Source: Candidatus Hydrogenedentota bacterium (GTDB lineage: Bacteria > Hydrogenedentota > Hydrogenedentia > Hydrogenedentales > SLHB01). Taken from it: a stretch of DNA of 64,000 nucleotides. Where the stretch lies: positions 736,001 to 800,000 of the forward strand of contig CAXXYE010000009.1 of the NCBI GenBank assembly GCA_963674865.2, in the 5' to 3' direction. A program made the translations under genes and the position numbers. The notes under the pieces were generated by a model. The model saw only the letters and a program-made list of their open reading frames with translations, had not been told where the DNA came from and made no database searches. Shown here one piece after another: positions 48,757-58,169 of this stretch. The first letter of the stretch is position 1. Every line of letters begins with the position of its first letter.

Positions 48757-49770
48757 GTGACTTCGCGAGAGATTGTCCGCAGAACGTTGGATTTCGAGGG
48801 GCCGGAGCGCGTCGCGCGCTCGTTCGCTGATGAGGACTTTGCCCATTGCCATCACAATGCGCAGACGTATGCGACGGAATGGCGTCAGGTTGGGTCGAGC
48901 CGCTGGGAACACGTGGACGCGTGGGGCAATACGTGGGCCCGGGTCGATCCGACGTCGAAAGGGGAGGTGGCCAAGGGCGTTCTTGAGACGCTCGATGATG
49001 CGGAACGCTACGAACTTCCCCGGCTCGACGAGCCGAGTGCTTACGCCCATATCAAGGAGATTCGTGACGAACATCCGGACATGTGGCTCATCGGCAGCCT
49101 GCCGGGATTCGCGTTCAACATCGCCCGGAAACTTCGGCGGCTGGATCAGTATCTGTTGGATATCCTGATCGATTCGGAGCGGATTCACGCCCTGCACAGC
49201 CGTATCGACGCGTTGTTGGGAGGGATGATACGCAGCTATGCCGACGGAGGCGTGGACGCGGTGATGTTCTGCGAGGACTGGGGCTCGCAGAGCCAGCTCA
49301 TGATCGATCCGGCGCTTTGGCGTGAGGAGTTTTTCCCGCGGTATGCCAAATTGTGTGGTGTCGCGCACGGCTGCGGCGTGCGTGTCTTCATGCACTCCTG
49401 CGGCCAAATAGAGGCCATTGTCCCCTGGCTGATGGAAGCGGGGATCGATCTCCTTCAATTCGATCAGCCGGAGCTTCATGGGCTTGACACGCTGGCCGCC
49501 CACCATGAACGCGGCAAGATCACTTTCTGGTGTCCCGTCGACATCCAGAAGACGCTGCAAACGCGCGATGAAGGGCGTATTCGCGAGCGGGCGCGGGAAA
49601 TGCTGGACAAGTTGTGGCGGGGCCGGGGCGGGTTCGTCGCGGGCTACTACGGCGACAACGCATCCATCGGCCTGGATCCTAGATGGCAGGCGTACGCCTG
49701 CGAGGAGTTTCTCCGCTGTGGCGTGAGCGAGCGATACACGGCGGATGCCGAGCGTCCGGACAGGGGATAG
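48757..49770 (+). CDS. Uroporphyrinogen decarboxylase-like (MtaA/CmuA-fold) family protein
   Basis: D.WG..W, EDWGSQ..L.I.P..WR..F.P.Y, FMHSCG, FW..VDIQ..L. Confidence 0.85.
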   Translation: MTSREIVRRTLDFEGPERVARSFADEDFAHCHHNAQTYATEWRQVGSSRWEHVDAWGNTWARVDPTSKGEVAKGVLETLDDAERYELPRLDEPSAYAHIKEIRDEHPDMWLIGSLPGFAFNIARKLRRLDQYLLDILIDSERIHALHSRIDALLGGMIRSYADGGVDAVMFCEDWGSQSQLMIDPALWREEFFPRYAKLCGVAHGCGVRVFMHSCGQIEAIVPWLMEAGIDLLQFDQPELHGLDTLAAHHERGKITFWCPVDIQKTLQTRDEGRIRERAREMLDKLWRGRGGFVAGYYGDNASIGLDPRWQAYACEEFLRCGVSERYTADAERPDRG

Positions 49771-49778
49771 GAGGGATT

Positions 49779-50297
49779 ATGCAGACGAGTACCGCTTACG
49801 GCGACGCGATTGTGCGGAAGTATCCGGAGCAGGTGGTTATCGCTATCGCCAAGGACGCCGATGGGAAGTGCAATCCCATCACGCTGGGCTGGTCGATGAT
49901 CACATCCCACGAGCCGCCGATGATGGCTATCTCCGTTGGACTGGCGCGGTATTCTCTTGAGGCGATCCGGCATGCGGGCGAGTTCGTGCTCGCGTTTCCT
50001 TGCGCCGAGATGGCCGACGACGCCTTGTTCTACGGCACCAACTCGGGCCGGGCCGTGGACAAACTCGCCGAGCGCCACGCCAAGACGCAGCCTGCTGCCA
50101 AGATCGATGGCGTGCTGCTTACGGATGCCGTGGCCAATTTCGAGTGCACCGTCGAATCGGAACTGGTTACGGGGGATCACGCGATTTTCGTCGGGAAGGT
50201 GGCTGCGGCACACGTGAATGATGATCGCTCGCTGCGCCGCCTCTACGTGCTGGGCCCGGGCTACGATATGGGGCCTGTGAGTCCCGTGCTCAGGTGA
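49779..50297 (+). CDS. Flavin reductase-like (flavoredoxin) protein
   Basis: N.ITLGW....S..PP, GEFVL.FP, GT.SGR..DK, EC.V......GDH.IF.G.V. Confidence 0.88.
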   Translation: MQTSTAYGDAIVRKYPEQVVIAIAKDADGKCNPITLGWSMITSHEPPMMAISVGLARYSLEAIRHAGEFVLAFPCAEMADDALFYGTNSGRAVDKLAERHAKTQPAAKIDGVLLTDAVANFECTVESELVTGDHAIFVGKVAAAHVNDDRSLRRLYVLGPGYDMGPVSPVLR

Positions 50298-50312
50298 CGC
50301 GGCGGGCGGCCG

Positions 50313-51710
50313 TTATCCCATGAAGAGTCCTTCCGGGAGATAGCAGGCCCGCTTCAGAATCACTTCCGGAATGCCGCCGTAGGCGACGTGGCAAGCGGCT
50401 GTGAACTCGTGGCCCTTCGTCTCGGGGAAGGGCAGGGCCACGCAGAGGGGAATTCCCGCCGCGCGAATGGCAATCGTTCCCGATTCACTGTCCTCAAAAC
50501 CGATCACCTTGTCGAAATCGCTTGGCGCGATGCCCATCCGGTGCAGGGCCAAAGAGTAGAGGTCGCGGTGCGGCTTCAGCCGAATCTCGCTCGAGTCCGA
50601 GGCGGTGATAAACGCGTCATAGTAGTCGCGGTAGTCGCCGAACTTTTTCAAGATGAGTCGCTTCTTCTCGTCTGGAATCGCCCAGCCTTCCGCTTCGCGC
50701 AAGAGCACGCGGAACACCTCGGTTAACACGATGTTTGCCTCGTAACGGATGGATGACGTGACGATGGCTACGCGGGCGGGATGGTTCTCGAAGTAGGTTC
50801 CCAAGGCCGCGAGCCGCGTCCCGGCAGCCTGGGCGTCATGCTCCGGCGACTCGCCCAACTCGGCCAGATAGTCGTTGAGTTCTTCGACGCAGAAGGCGGC
50901 GTGCTCTCCCAACCATCCCTTGATCAGTGCCAGGAAGACGCCGATCCCTTTCATCGGACAGATGAGGCGCTCGTCCGCGTTGCCGAAGACTTCCGTGGCG
51001 ACGGCATCCCCCTGCCCGGTGTCGATGCGTCCGAGGATGTAGTGATATCGCTGGTAGTAGATGTCGATGGCCGCCCGGACAACGTCCGACAAGGTGTCCA
51101 GATTGAGGCTGGGGCCATATCGCTCGGCCAGTTTCCGAACGGCCGTGCGCGCAGTGGACGTGTCCAGCGACTCCTCGTGTTGGAGGCCTGAGAAGTTCCC
51201 GTCGCGCAGGATGTCGCCGATGCCGAGGGCGGCGAGATTGCTTGTGACTTCCTGCTTTCGCCCTTCGTCCGCCGCCTTCGCGAGCGTCCAAAGCGCCGCG
51301 TATAGGAAGAAGAAGCGCAGGTCCTCATCCACGATCTCCTCCCGATACGTGCGGATAAGGTACTCGACGTGTTTCGTCGTGCTGTTCCCGATGATGTGGG
51401 GATAGTCCCGCTCGCGGTTCAGGCCGGCCCAAGACGGGTCGTCCTCATGTCCGGTGATCCGGCGGATCATGGTTTCGAGGGAGTGCAGGCACAGCGGCTC
51501 GGTGGTGGTGGTTGTGCCGTCCATGTCCATCACCGCTCCGCACATGCCGCCGTCCAGCGCGGCCCGCTTGGCTGGCAGGGGATATGCCTCATAGGGCGGG
51601 TATACGTAACTCGGATTCTCCACAATGGCGAATTCGCCGCCGAGTTGGGCTATGAGTCCGGCCGCTGTCTCAGCGTCGGCGAACTTGGGAAGTTTTCTGT
51701 CGGAAGTCAT
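50313..51710 (-). CDS. HAD-superfamily hydrolase with a very large cap insertion
   Basis: DMDGTT (motif I), AIVTSS (II), LKPHRD.Y (III), FEDSESG..A..AAG (IV). Confidence 0.8.
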   Translation of the reverse strand: MTSDRKLPKFADAETAAGLIAQLGGEFAIVENPSYVYPPYEAYPLPAKRAALDGGMCGAVMDMDGTTTTTEPLCLHSLETMIRRITGHEDDPSWAGLNRERDYPHIIGNSTTKHVEYLIRTYREEIVDEDLRFFFLYAALWTLAKAADEGRKQEVTSNLAALGIGDILRDGNFSGLQHEESLDTSTARTAVRKLAERYGPSLNLDTLSDVVRAAIDIYYQRYHYILGRIDTGQGDAVATEVFGNADERLICPMKGIGVFLALIKGWLGEHAAFCVEELNDYLAELGESPEHDAQAAGTRLAALGTYFENHPARVAIVTSSIRYEANIVLTEVFRVLLREAEGWAIPDEKKRLILKKFGDYRDYYDAFITASDSSEIRLKPHRDLYSLALHRMGIAPSDFDKVIGFEDSESGTIAIRAAGIPLCVALPFPETKGHEFTAACHVAYGGIPEVILKRACYLPEGLFMG

Positions 51711-51914
51711 CTTGACGCGCAACTCCTGAAGTGATCGACCCGGTTTGGACGGCGATTATATCCGAGCCTTAACGGAGTATGGTAGACTCCGTCCCGAACC
51801 GGAGCCGGGGAGGCGTTGCCGTGACACAGGCGCCGCATTCTCTACGCGGCGGGCCGTGGTTCCGGAGACCTCTCCCCCATGGGCTCAATCACGCCGGTAG
51901 GGAGTGGACGCCCC

Positions 51915-52674
51915 GTGAAACACGTGAAGCCTGCCCATGTCTTCGGGCCGCGTGCGGGATTCTACGCGAGCAGCCCCGCGCATAAGGATCCGGGAGTTCT
52001 GGCCGACGTCGTGCGGTTCTGCGAGCCTCAGCCGGATTGGCGCGCTCTCGACGTCGCTACGGGCACGGGGCACACGGCTTTTGCCTTGGCGGCTCACGTC
52101 GCGTCCGTCGCGGGCGTCGACATCACGTCCGAGATGCTGTGCGAGGCAAAACAACTCCAGAAGGAGGCCGGCGTTGACAACGTGCGGTTTCTTCTCGCCG
52201 ATGTTCACGAACTGCCCTTTGAGGACGCATCTTTCGACTTGGCGGCCGCACGGCGCGCCCCCCCATCACTTCGTCAATATCTCGGCGGCCTTGGCGGAGA
52301 TACACTGCGTGCTCCGGCCTGGGGCAAGGTTGGTTGTGGGTGATCGGAGTGTTCCTGAGGACGACTTCGTGGACGCGTGCATGAACGAGCTTGACGAGTA
52401 CCACGATGCGTCGCACGCACGCGAGTACCGCCCAAGCGAGTGGCGCGCCATGTTGCGATCGACGCGGTTCGGAGTCGAGGAGTTGAAGGTTTACACTCGG
52501 CATCGTCCGCTCAAGGCTCTGACGGACGGCGTCTCAGAAGACAATGTGCATAAGATACGGGAGCGGCTTGACAGCCTGAGCACATCCGAGCGGCAGGCGC
52601 TGAGTTTGACGGAAGAAGGCGGTGACATATACTTGAATCACTGGTTCGTTATGATCGCGGCCACCAAGGAATGA
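51915..52674 (+). pseudogene. Class I SAM-dependent methyltransferase with a +1 frameshift in a C7 run (52258-52264)
   Basis: LDVATGTGHTA, LPFEDASFD, then RRAP|HHF...VLRPG, DASH.R continuing in the next frame; deleting one C restores a single ORF. Confidence 0.85.
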
Positions 52675-52702
52675 ACTTGGCCGTAGGGGAGGAGCGTATA
52701 CC

Positions 52703-53458
52703 GTGGAAAAAGTCCGATACGAAGAGATGTTGCCCCATGAGATCGTGGCCAGGCGGAAGCGCTTTCCCGCGGCGTTTATCGGCCTCGGCGGGCTGGAGTG
52801 GCACGGTGAGCATATGGCCGTCGGCAATGATGCGCTCAAAGCCGAGAAGTTGTGCGAACTTGCGGCGGCGTGTTCCGGCGGCTTCGCGTTCCCGACGCTC
52901 TGGTACGGAGAGCCGCGGGTGGGGCACCTCCTCGAGGTGGATCATGATCCCGACGGCGCCGTGAAGAAGAAGATGAAGTTCAAGAAGCGGAAACACACGG
53001 CCGCGCATTTCGGGGCGACGGCCGAGCAGCAGGCCGCCTTCTACGAACATCTCATCTACCACACGCTCGTGCAGATGAACTCACTGGAGATGAAGGCCGT
53101 CTGTTTTGTCTGCGGCCACTATCCGTTGCACGGATGGGCCGCGCCCGCCGTAAAGCGGTTCAACGAGGCGTACAAGGACACGCAGGCGTTTGCGGGCATC
53201 GAGTTTCACTACCCGCCGAAGAGTCCGCACGTCGGCGGCGATCACGCGGCGAAGTGGGAAACGTCGTATTTGTGGTACTTGCGGCCCGACTGCATCGACA
53301 TGAGCGTGTACCTTGGCCGGGAGGCCGAATCGCTCGTCGGCGTGTTCGGCGAGGATCCGAGGAAGACGGCCACGGTGGAGATCGGGCGGAAGGGCTGCGA
53401 CCTCATCGTCGAGGGCATGGTTCGTAAGGCCAAGCAACTCCTCAAACAGGCGGGATAA
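52703..53458 (+). CDS. Creatininase-family amidohydrolase
   Basis: G.LEWHGEH...G.D, GHY, DHAAKWETS. Confidence 0.88.
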   Translation: MEKVRYEEMLPHEIVARRKRFPAAFIGLGGLEWHGEHMAVGNDALKAEKLCELAAACSGGFAFPTLWYGEPRVGHLLEVDHDPDGAVKKKMKFKKRKHTAAHFGATAEQQAAFYEHLIYHTLVQMNSLEMKAVCFVCGHYPLHGWAAPAVKRFNEAYKDTQAFAGIEFHYPPKSPHVGGDHAAKWETSYLWYLRPDCIDMSVYLGREAESLVGVFGEDPRKTATVEIGRKGCDLIVEGMVRKAKQLLKQAG

Positions 53459-53662
53459 CTTCCGCTGACATCGAGCCCTACTGACCTCGTTGGCGTCGCG
53501 CCCGTTCTGGGGCGACACCGCGATCCCTCTTGTGGAATGCCCTGAGCGATAAAGGTGTTCCTATAATCAACGCCTATTTGGGAAACCTGCCCCCTGCGGG
53601 GGCGGGGCGATTCCCACGTCGAAGAAGACACAATAACGAAGTTCAAGAGGGGAGAATGGCCG

Positions 53663-54202
53663 ATGAAGACGCTTAGGACTTTTGCCGTAATAGCATGCGT
53701 GGTGCTGGTGGGAGCGCTGGCGGTTGCGTTCGGCTCACAGCGGCCGGCGTGGGCGCACTGTCAGATCCCCTGCGGCATTTACGACGACCCGGTGCGGTTC
53801 AGCCTGCTGCGCGAGCATATCGCGACTATCGAGAAGTCCATGAACGAGATCAATGTCTTGTCCAAGGACCCCAGCGGCAACGCGAATCAGTTGGCGCGGT
53901 GGGTGATGAACAAGGAGGATCACGCAGGCTACTTCGCGGACATCGTGGTGCAGTACTTCTTGCAGCAGCGCATCAAGCCGGTGGCGACGCAAAGCGGCGA
54001 GGAGTGGGATGTGTATGTTCGGAAGATTACGTTGTGCCATGAGATGCTTGTGGGTGTCATGAAGGCGAAACAGACCACGGACCTCGAATACGTTGAGCAA
54101 CTCAGGGGACTCGTGGACGGCTTCGAGAAGGCGTATCTCGGAGCCGAGGCTGAAGGCGCTCAGTCGCACTCACACGAAGGCGGCCACGCCCACACGCACT
54201 GA
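53663..54202 (+). CDS. sodN: Nickel superoxide dismutase precursor with signal peptide and His-rich tail
   Basis: Ni-hook HCQIPCGIYD directly after AWA; NQLARWV.NKE.HA; K.KQT.D. Confidence 0.9.
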   Translation: MKTLRTFAVIACVVLVGALAVAFGSQRPAWAHCQIPCGIYDDPVRFSLLREHIATIEKSMNEINVLSKDPSGNANQLARWVMNKEDHAGYFADIVVQYFLQQRIKPVATQSGEEWDVYVRKITLCHEMLVGVMKAKQTTDLEYVEQLRGLVDGFEKAYLGAEAEGAQSHSHEGGHAHTH

Positions 54203-54212
54203 CACAGCGGCC

Positions 54213-57200
54213 TTACTTCGGCTCCGTGTCTGGTGTGTCTGCCGGTAGCGAGGTGTAGAAATCCGCCTCGTGTCCCGATAGAACACCTTCGCGGATGAGG
54301 CGTCGAAACTCGGCGTCGTCTATATCGCGTACTTGGCCTGCGACGCCCGTCCGCGCACCGTCAGATTGAGGTAGCTGCGAGCCCGGTGCGTTGTGCGACG
54401 GGCCGAGCGTCATGCCAAGCAGCGCCAGTACCGTGACAGCCACCGCCGCGTACAAGCCAATGCGGAGCGCTCGGGACGGCTCCGCGGACGCACGCGGCCT
54501 CGCAACGGCGCAGCGATCGCACTGAATGCAGTCCAACTCGCGGTGCGAGCGCACGCCGAGATCGCAGCGTGCCGGGCGTATACGCGGCATAAAGCGCTGG
54601 AGCAGCCGGACGCCGTTCAGCAGGGCCAGGAATGCCCCGGCCGGGCAGAGATTTCTGCACCAGAAGCGCCTGTAAAACACGGACAGCACGAGCATCGCCA
54701 GGCCGAGGATAAGGATCGGGCGGGTGCGCACCGAGCTGAAGAAGGTTGTCAAGGGATCGGCCGAGATAAGTCCGCAGTCTCGGAAAACGGCGAAGGCCGC
54801 CGCGGCCGTGAATAGGAGAAGGTACTTCACGGCACGCGCATATCGCCATGAACGCTCGTCCGGGCCGGCCGCGAGCCGCGCGGGGCGGAATTCTCCCACC
54901 AATTCCTGCAAGGCGCCAAATGGGCACAGGTAGCCGCAGTAGACGTTCCCGAAGACGAGCACGATCAGGGGCACCAGCGCCACTAGGAAGAATGGCCCGC
55001 TTAACAAGTCTCCCGGGACTGCCGCACCGAGCAGCGAATAGACGTGCTGCGCGGAGTACTGGAGGTTCAGGTAAACGCCGGCAATTGCCACGATGGCAAC
55101 CAGGAACGCTCGCCGCAGCCATTTGTTCGGTTTGTATCGGAGCGCCACGGCGGCGGCCGTCAGTGCGGCCAGCCAGAGGAACTCCTTATCGGGAAAACGT
55201 ATAGGAGCGCGGGGCTCAGTGCCGCCTGCTCCGCCTCGGCCGAGGACTTCGGCAGCGAAGCTATTGCCGGCTTGGCCGAGAATCCGAAGCATGGCCGCCG
55301 AGGTGATGGTGGCTCCGCTAACCGTGTCCACACCGGCCAACGCTCCGCGTCCTGTGATGGATTTCCCGGGCAAACGCGCCAGCCACCCCCGCAGCAATTT
55401 CAGGTAGGCGGGCGTTTCATTGGACTGGATGATCAGAAATCCGAGCAGCGTTCCTTGAGCATCCATGTGGATGGCCAGGTCGATAGGGCCGCCATAGCCG
55501 TCGACCTCGCCCGCAAAAGGTGCGCTGGGAAAGATGTAGCCGGGGTCTTTGTCCTCGGCTTGGTCCACGGCGAAATAGCGGAGCGTTGTGCCGTCCGGCC
55601 GCGGCATCTCCCGCTCCTTGAGCTCTGCATCCCCAGCAAGCGCTTGTGCGGCGGAGGTCAAGGGATCGGCGGCCGCGGCCGCCCGTGTTTCCGCCAAGAC
55701 GTGCGATAGTACAAGCAACAGCGCCGCCGCGCCGAATAGGATGTAGCCTGCCGTGCGTGCCGCGTGATCATACGTATCCATCCGCGCGGGCCGGCCTTTG
55801 GACGCGGCCATTCCCACCAAGTTGACGGCCACCAGCGCCGCCAGGAGTTCGAGCGCAACGCTGCCCCCCAGTACAGGGAGAAGAAACAAGCCCGTGAGGA
55901 GCGCTCCGCTTGCGCCCCCCAGGTGATCGAGCGTTTCGAGAGTTGAGCCGGATGCTGCCGCCGCTTGCCCGGTGGCCGCGAGGCGGTGCGCGCCGATGGG
56001 GAAGTAGACGCCGGTGAACACGCCGCACAGTCCGAACAGCAACGCGAACGTCGGACGAGGGAGGGCCTCGGGCAACGAGGATGCCGCGATGATCAGGAGT
56101 ACATGCAGCAGTATCGCGGCCGGCAAGAGCAGTCCGGGCTCTGTCTCCCTACGCCGAAGCACGCGCTCGCCGAACAGGCCGCCTGCGAACGATCCCAACA
56201 TGAACAAGGCTGAAATCAGGCCGATGTGGAGAAAAATAGAGCCGAAGCGGGCCTGATAGAGAAACATGAGCACCACGTTCAGTGCCATGCCCGCCATGCC
56301 CATCGTGAATACCATTACTCCCACGTCAAAGGGGCGCGCCGGAGGCGCCTGTACATCGCCCCGCCGGTGGGGCGTCCTCCGCAGGTATACGAGCCGCAGC
56401 ACCACGTACAGCAGTAGCGCGAATAATCCGAGTCCCAGGCCGCGCCCCATGACGGCGGGCAGGTAAGGCGTGATGTGGCCCATGCCGGCTTGTCGAATTG
56501 CCAGCAGCAGCGCGTAGAGCAATGCCTTCGGGCGCTGATCCGTGTTGAGCAGCCGCGTCTTGCCCATCGTCGCGGCGGCGTCCCGGTAGTGCCCCATCTG
56601 GAAGGCGACGCGATCCGGCAGGTACAGTCCCGCGAGGGCCTCCGGCGGGTACCGCGCCGCTGCCCCGGGAATCGCCGCAAAACGGGCCCGGAGCACATCT
56701 GGGGACTGCGTCAGCGGTGTCTCTGAGGCGATGAACCAGCTTTCGTCGCCGGGTTTCAAGGCCACTTCGGGGAAGACGGAATGCAGTGTGACGAGGCCCG
56801 AGGCCCCGAGGTCGACAAGTTCGCTTCCCAAGAAGTTGGCCCCGCCTGATACGCGCACCGCCACGGCCCCACCGGGCGCGAGGGCCTGTTTGACGGCTGC
56901 ATAGAATGACTGGGTCGCGTACCGATTGAGCACGAGCGTGGTGACGTCGGGCAGATTCACGAGTACCAAGTCGAGCGCCCCCGGCTCTCTGGCGAGAAAG
57001 CGGCGCACCTCGACGCCGGGCAGTTCGAGTCGATCCGCGCCCCGCGCATAGCCTGCCGGCAGGGCATCAAGGAGCGCCTTCGGGTAGTCGAGATCCGGAT
57101 GGAGCCACACGACGCGCTCCATCTGGGGCAGTTCGAGCAAGCGCAAGCTGATGCCGAGCGACCCGGGGCCGATGACAAGTACGCGGCGGGATTCAGGGCG

Positions 57201-58160
57201 CTGCGCCAGGTTCAGCGCGGCCACTTCGGAGGCATGCTCGGTATTCGGCAACGCCTCGCACACGCCTCCGGATGAGACTACCATCCACTGGCCTTCTCGC
57301 TCGCCGTACAAGTATTTCGCGTGGGCCGTGCTGAAGCTTCCCCGGAAGGCCTCCCGCGGCAGCAGTCGCTCCCATACCGCAAGATCGGCCCGTGCGGCCC
57401 ACTTGGCGTCCACGCCTATAACCAGCGACGCCGCGATGATTGCCACAGGAATCAGAGGAAGTGCGCGGGCAAGGAACCCGCGCGGGCGCGCCAGTCGGGA
57501 CACGGCAAGCGCTGCCGTCAGCAAGCCCGCGGCGCAAAGCGCCACCCGTTCTGCTGAAGCGCCTGCCGCCAGCAGCAGTGTTACGGCAACGCCTCCGGCG
57601 CAGCCCCCCAAGGTTTCGGTAATGTACACCCATGCCACGGGTGTGCCGCTGCGGCTGTCCGCCTTCTCGACACGGGTGGCCCATCGGCATGCCAGCGTGA
57701 AGAGCAGGCCCGTGGCGGCGCTGATGGGGGCGTTGACAAGCAATGACACGCCGGCCATGCGCAGAAAGGGGAACACCTCATCGGGCCTGACACCCGCTAT
57801 GGCCCGGGCGTGGGCGATGAGGCCCCGTTGCACCAGAAACGCAGGGATGTACAGTAGCGCGAGCCACTCGAAGTGCCGGGCCAGCCACTTGTGGAAGCGC
57901 GTCCCGCCACGCCCTGCCAAGGCGCCCGCTCCCACCCACAGCAGCCAGGAGCCGAAGAAGCATCCGATGCCCAGCTCGCTTCCCTCGAAGACGCCCAGGA
58001 AGCTCCGAAATAGTAGGGATTGCGCGACAAGAGCGAAGAAACCAAGCGCGAAGATCAGCAGAGCCGCCGCGCTTCCCCGCTTGCTCAGCCCGCTGCCCTT
58101 CGCGGCGCGCTCCTCAGCCGACGCCGACAAGACTTTCCCGTCCCGCTCGACCCGGCCCAT
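54213..58160 (-). CDS. 1315-aa fusion: multi-TM + spermidine-synthase-like SAM-fold domain + multi-TM + FMN-binding domain + NosR/NapH-like 4Fe-4S membrane domain
   Basis: VLVIGPGS, DLVLVNLPD...NRY.T..FY......L.PGG, NTD.RP; GYGGPI...ETP.Y...DTVSGATITS; YCGYLCPFGALQE, WCRNLCPAGA, CIQCDRC. Confidence 0.85.
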   Translation of the reverse strand: MGRVERDGKVLSASAEERAAKGSGLSKRGSAAALLIFALGFFALVAQSLLFRSFLGVFEGSELGIGCFFGSWLLWVGAGALAGRGGTRFHKWLARHFEWLALLYIPAFLVQRGLIAHARAIAGVRPDEVFPFLRMAGVSLLVNAPISAATGLLFTLACRWATRVEKADSRSGTPVAWVYITETLGGCAGGVAVTLLLAAGASAERVALCAAGLLTAALAVSRLARPRGFLARALPLIPVAIIAASLVIGVDAKWAARADLAVWERLLPREAFRGSFSTAHAKYLYGEREGQWMVVSSGGVCEALPNTEHASEVAALNLAQRPESRRVLVIGPGSLGISLRLLELPQMERVVWLHPDLDYPKALLDALPAGYARGADRLELPGVEVRRFLAREPGALDLVLVNLPDVTTLVLNRYATQSFYAAVKQALAPGGAVAVRVSGGANFLGSELVDLGASGLVTLHSVFPEVALKPGDESWFIASETPLTQSPDVLRARFAAIPGAAARYPPEALAGLYLPDRVAFQMGHYRDAAATMGKTRLLNTDQRPKALLYALLLAIRQAGMGHITPYLPAVMGRGLGLGLFALLLYVVLRLVYLRRTPHRRGDVQAPPARPFDVGVMVFTMGMAGMALNVVLMFLYQARFGSIFLHIGLISALFMLGSFAGGLFGERVLRRRETEPGLLLPAAILLHVLLIIAASSLPEALPRPTFALLFGLCGVFTGVYFPIGAHRLAATGQAAAASGSTLETLDHLGGASGALLTGLFLLPVLGGSVALELLAALVAVNLVGMAASKGRPARMDTYDHAARTAGYILFGAAALLLVLSHVLAETRAAAAADPLTSAAQALAGDAELKEREMPRPDGTTLRYFAVDQAEDKDPGYIFPSAPFAGEVDGYGGPIDLAIHMDAQGTLLGFLIIQSNETPAYLKLLRGWLARLPGKSITGRGALAGVDTVSGATITSAAMLRILGQAGNSFAAEVLGRGGAGGTEPRAPIRFPDKEFLWLAALTAAAVALRYKPNKWLRRAFLVAIVAIAGVYLNLQYSAQHVYSLLGAAVPGDLLSGPFFLVALVPLIVLVFGNVYCGYLCPFGALQELVGEFRPARLAAGPDERSWRYARAVKYLLLFTAAAAFAVFRDCGLISADPLTTFFSSVRTRPILILGLAMLVLSVFYRRFWCRNLCPAGAFLALLNGVRLLQRFMPRIRPARCDLGVRSHRELDCIQCDRCAVARPRASAEPSRALRIGLYAAVAVTVLALLGMTLGPSHNAPGSQLPQSDGARTGVAGQVRDIDDAEFRRLIREGVLSGHEADFYTSLPADTPDTEPK

Positions 58161-58169
58161 CAGCCCGCC

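Noticed and set aside
53579..53616. GC-rich hairpin in the sodN leader as a NiCo riboswitch
   Set aside because: A single stem-loop just after a TATAAT box, without the four-way junction expected of NiCo; probably a 5' stabilising hairpin
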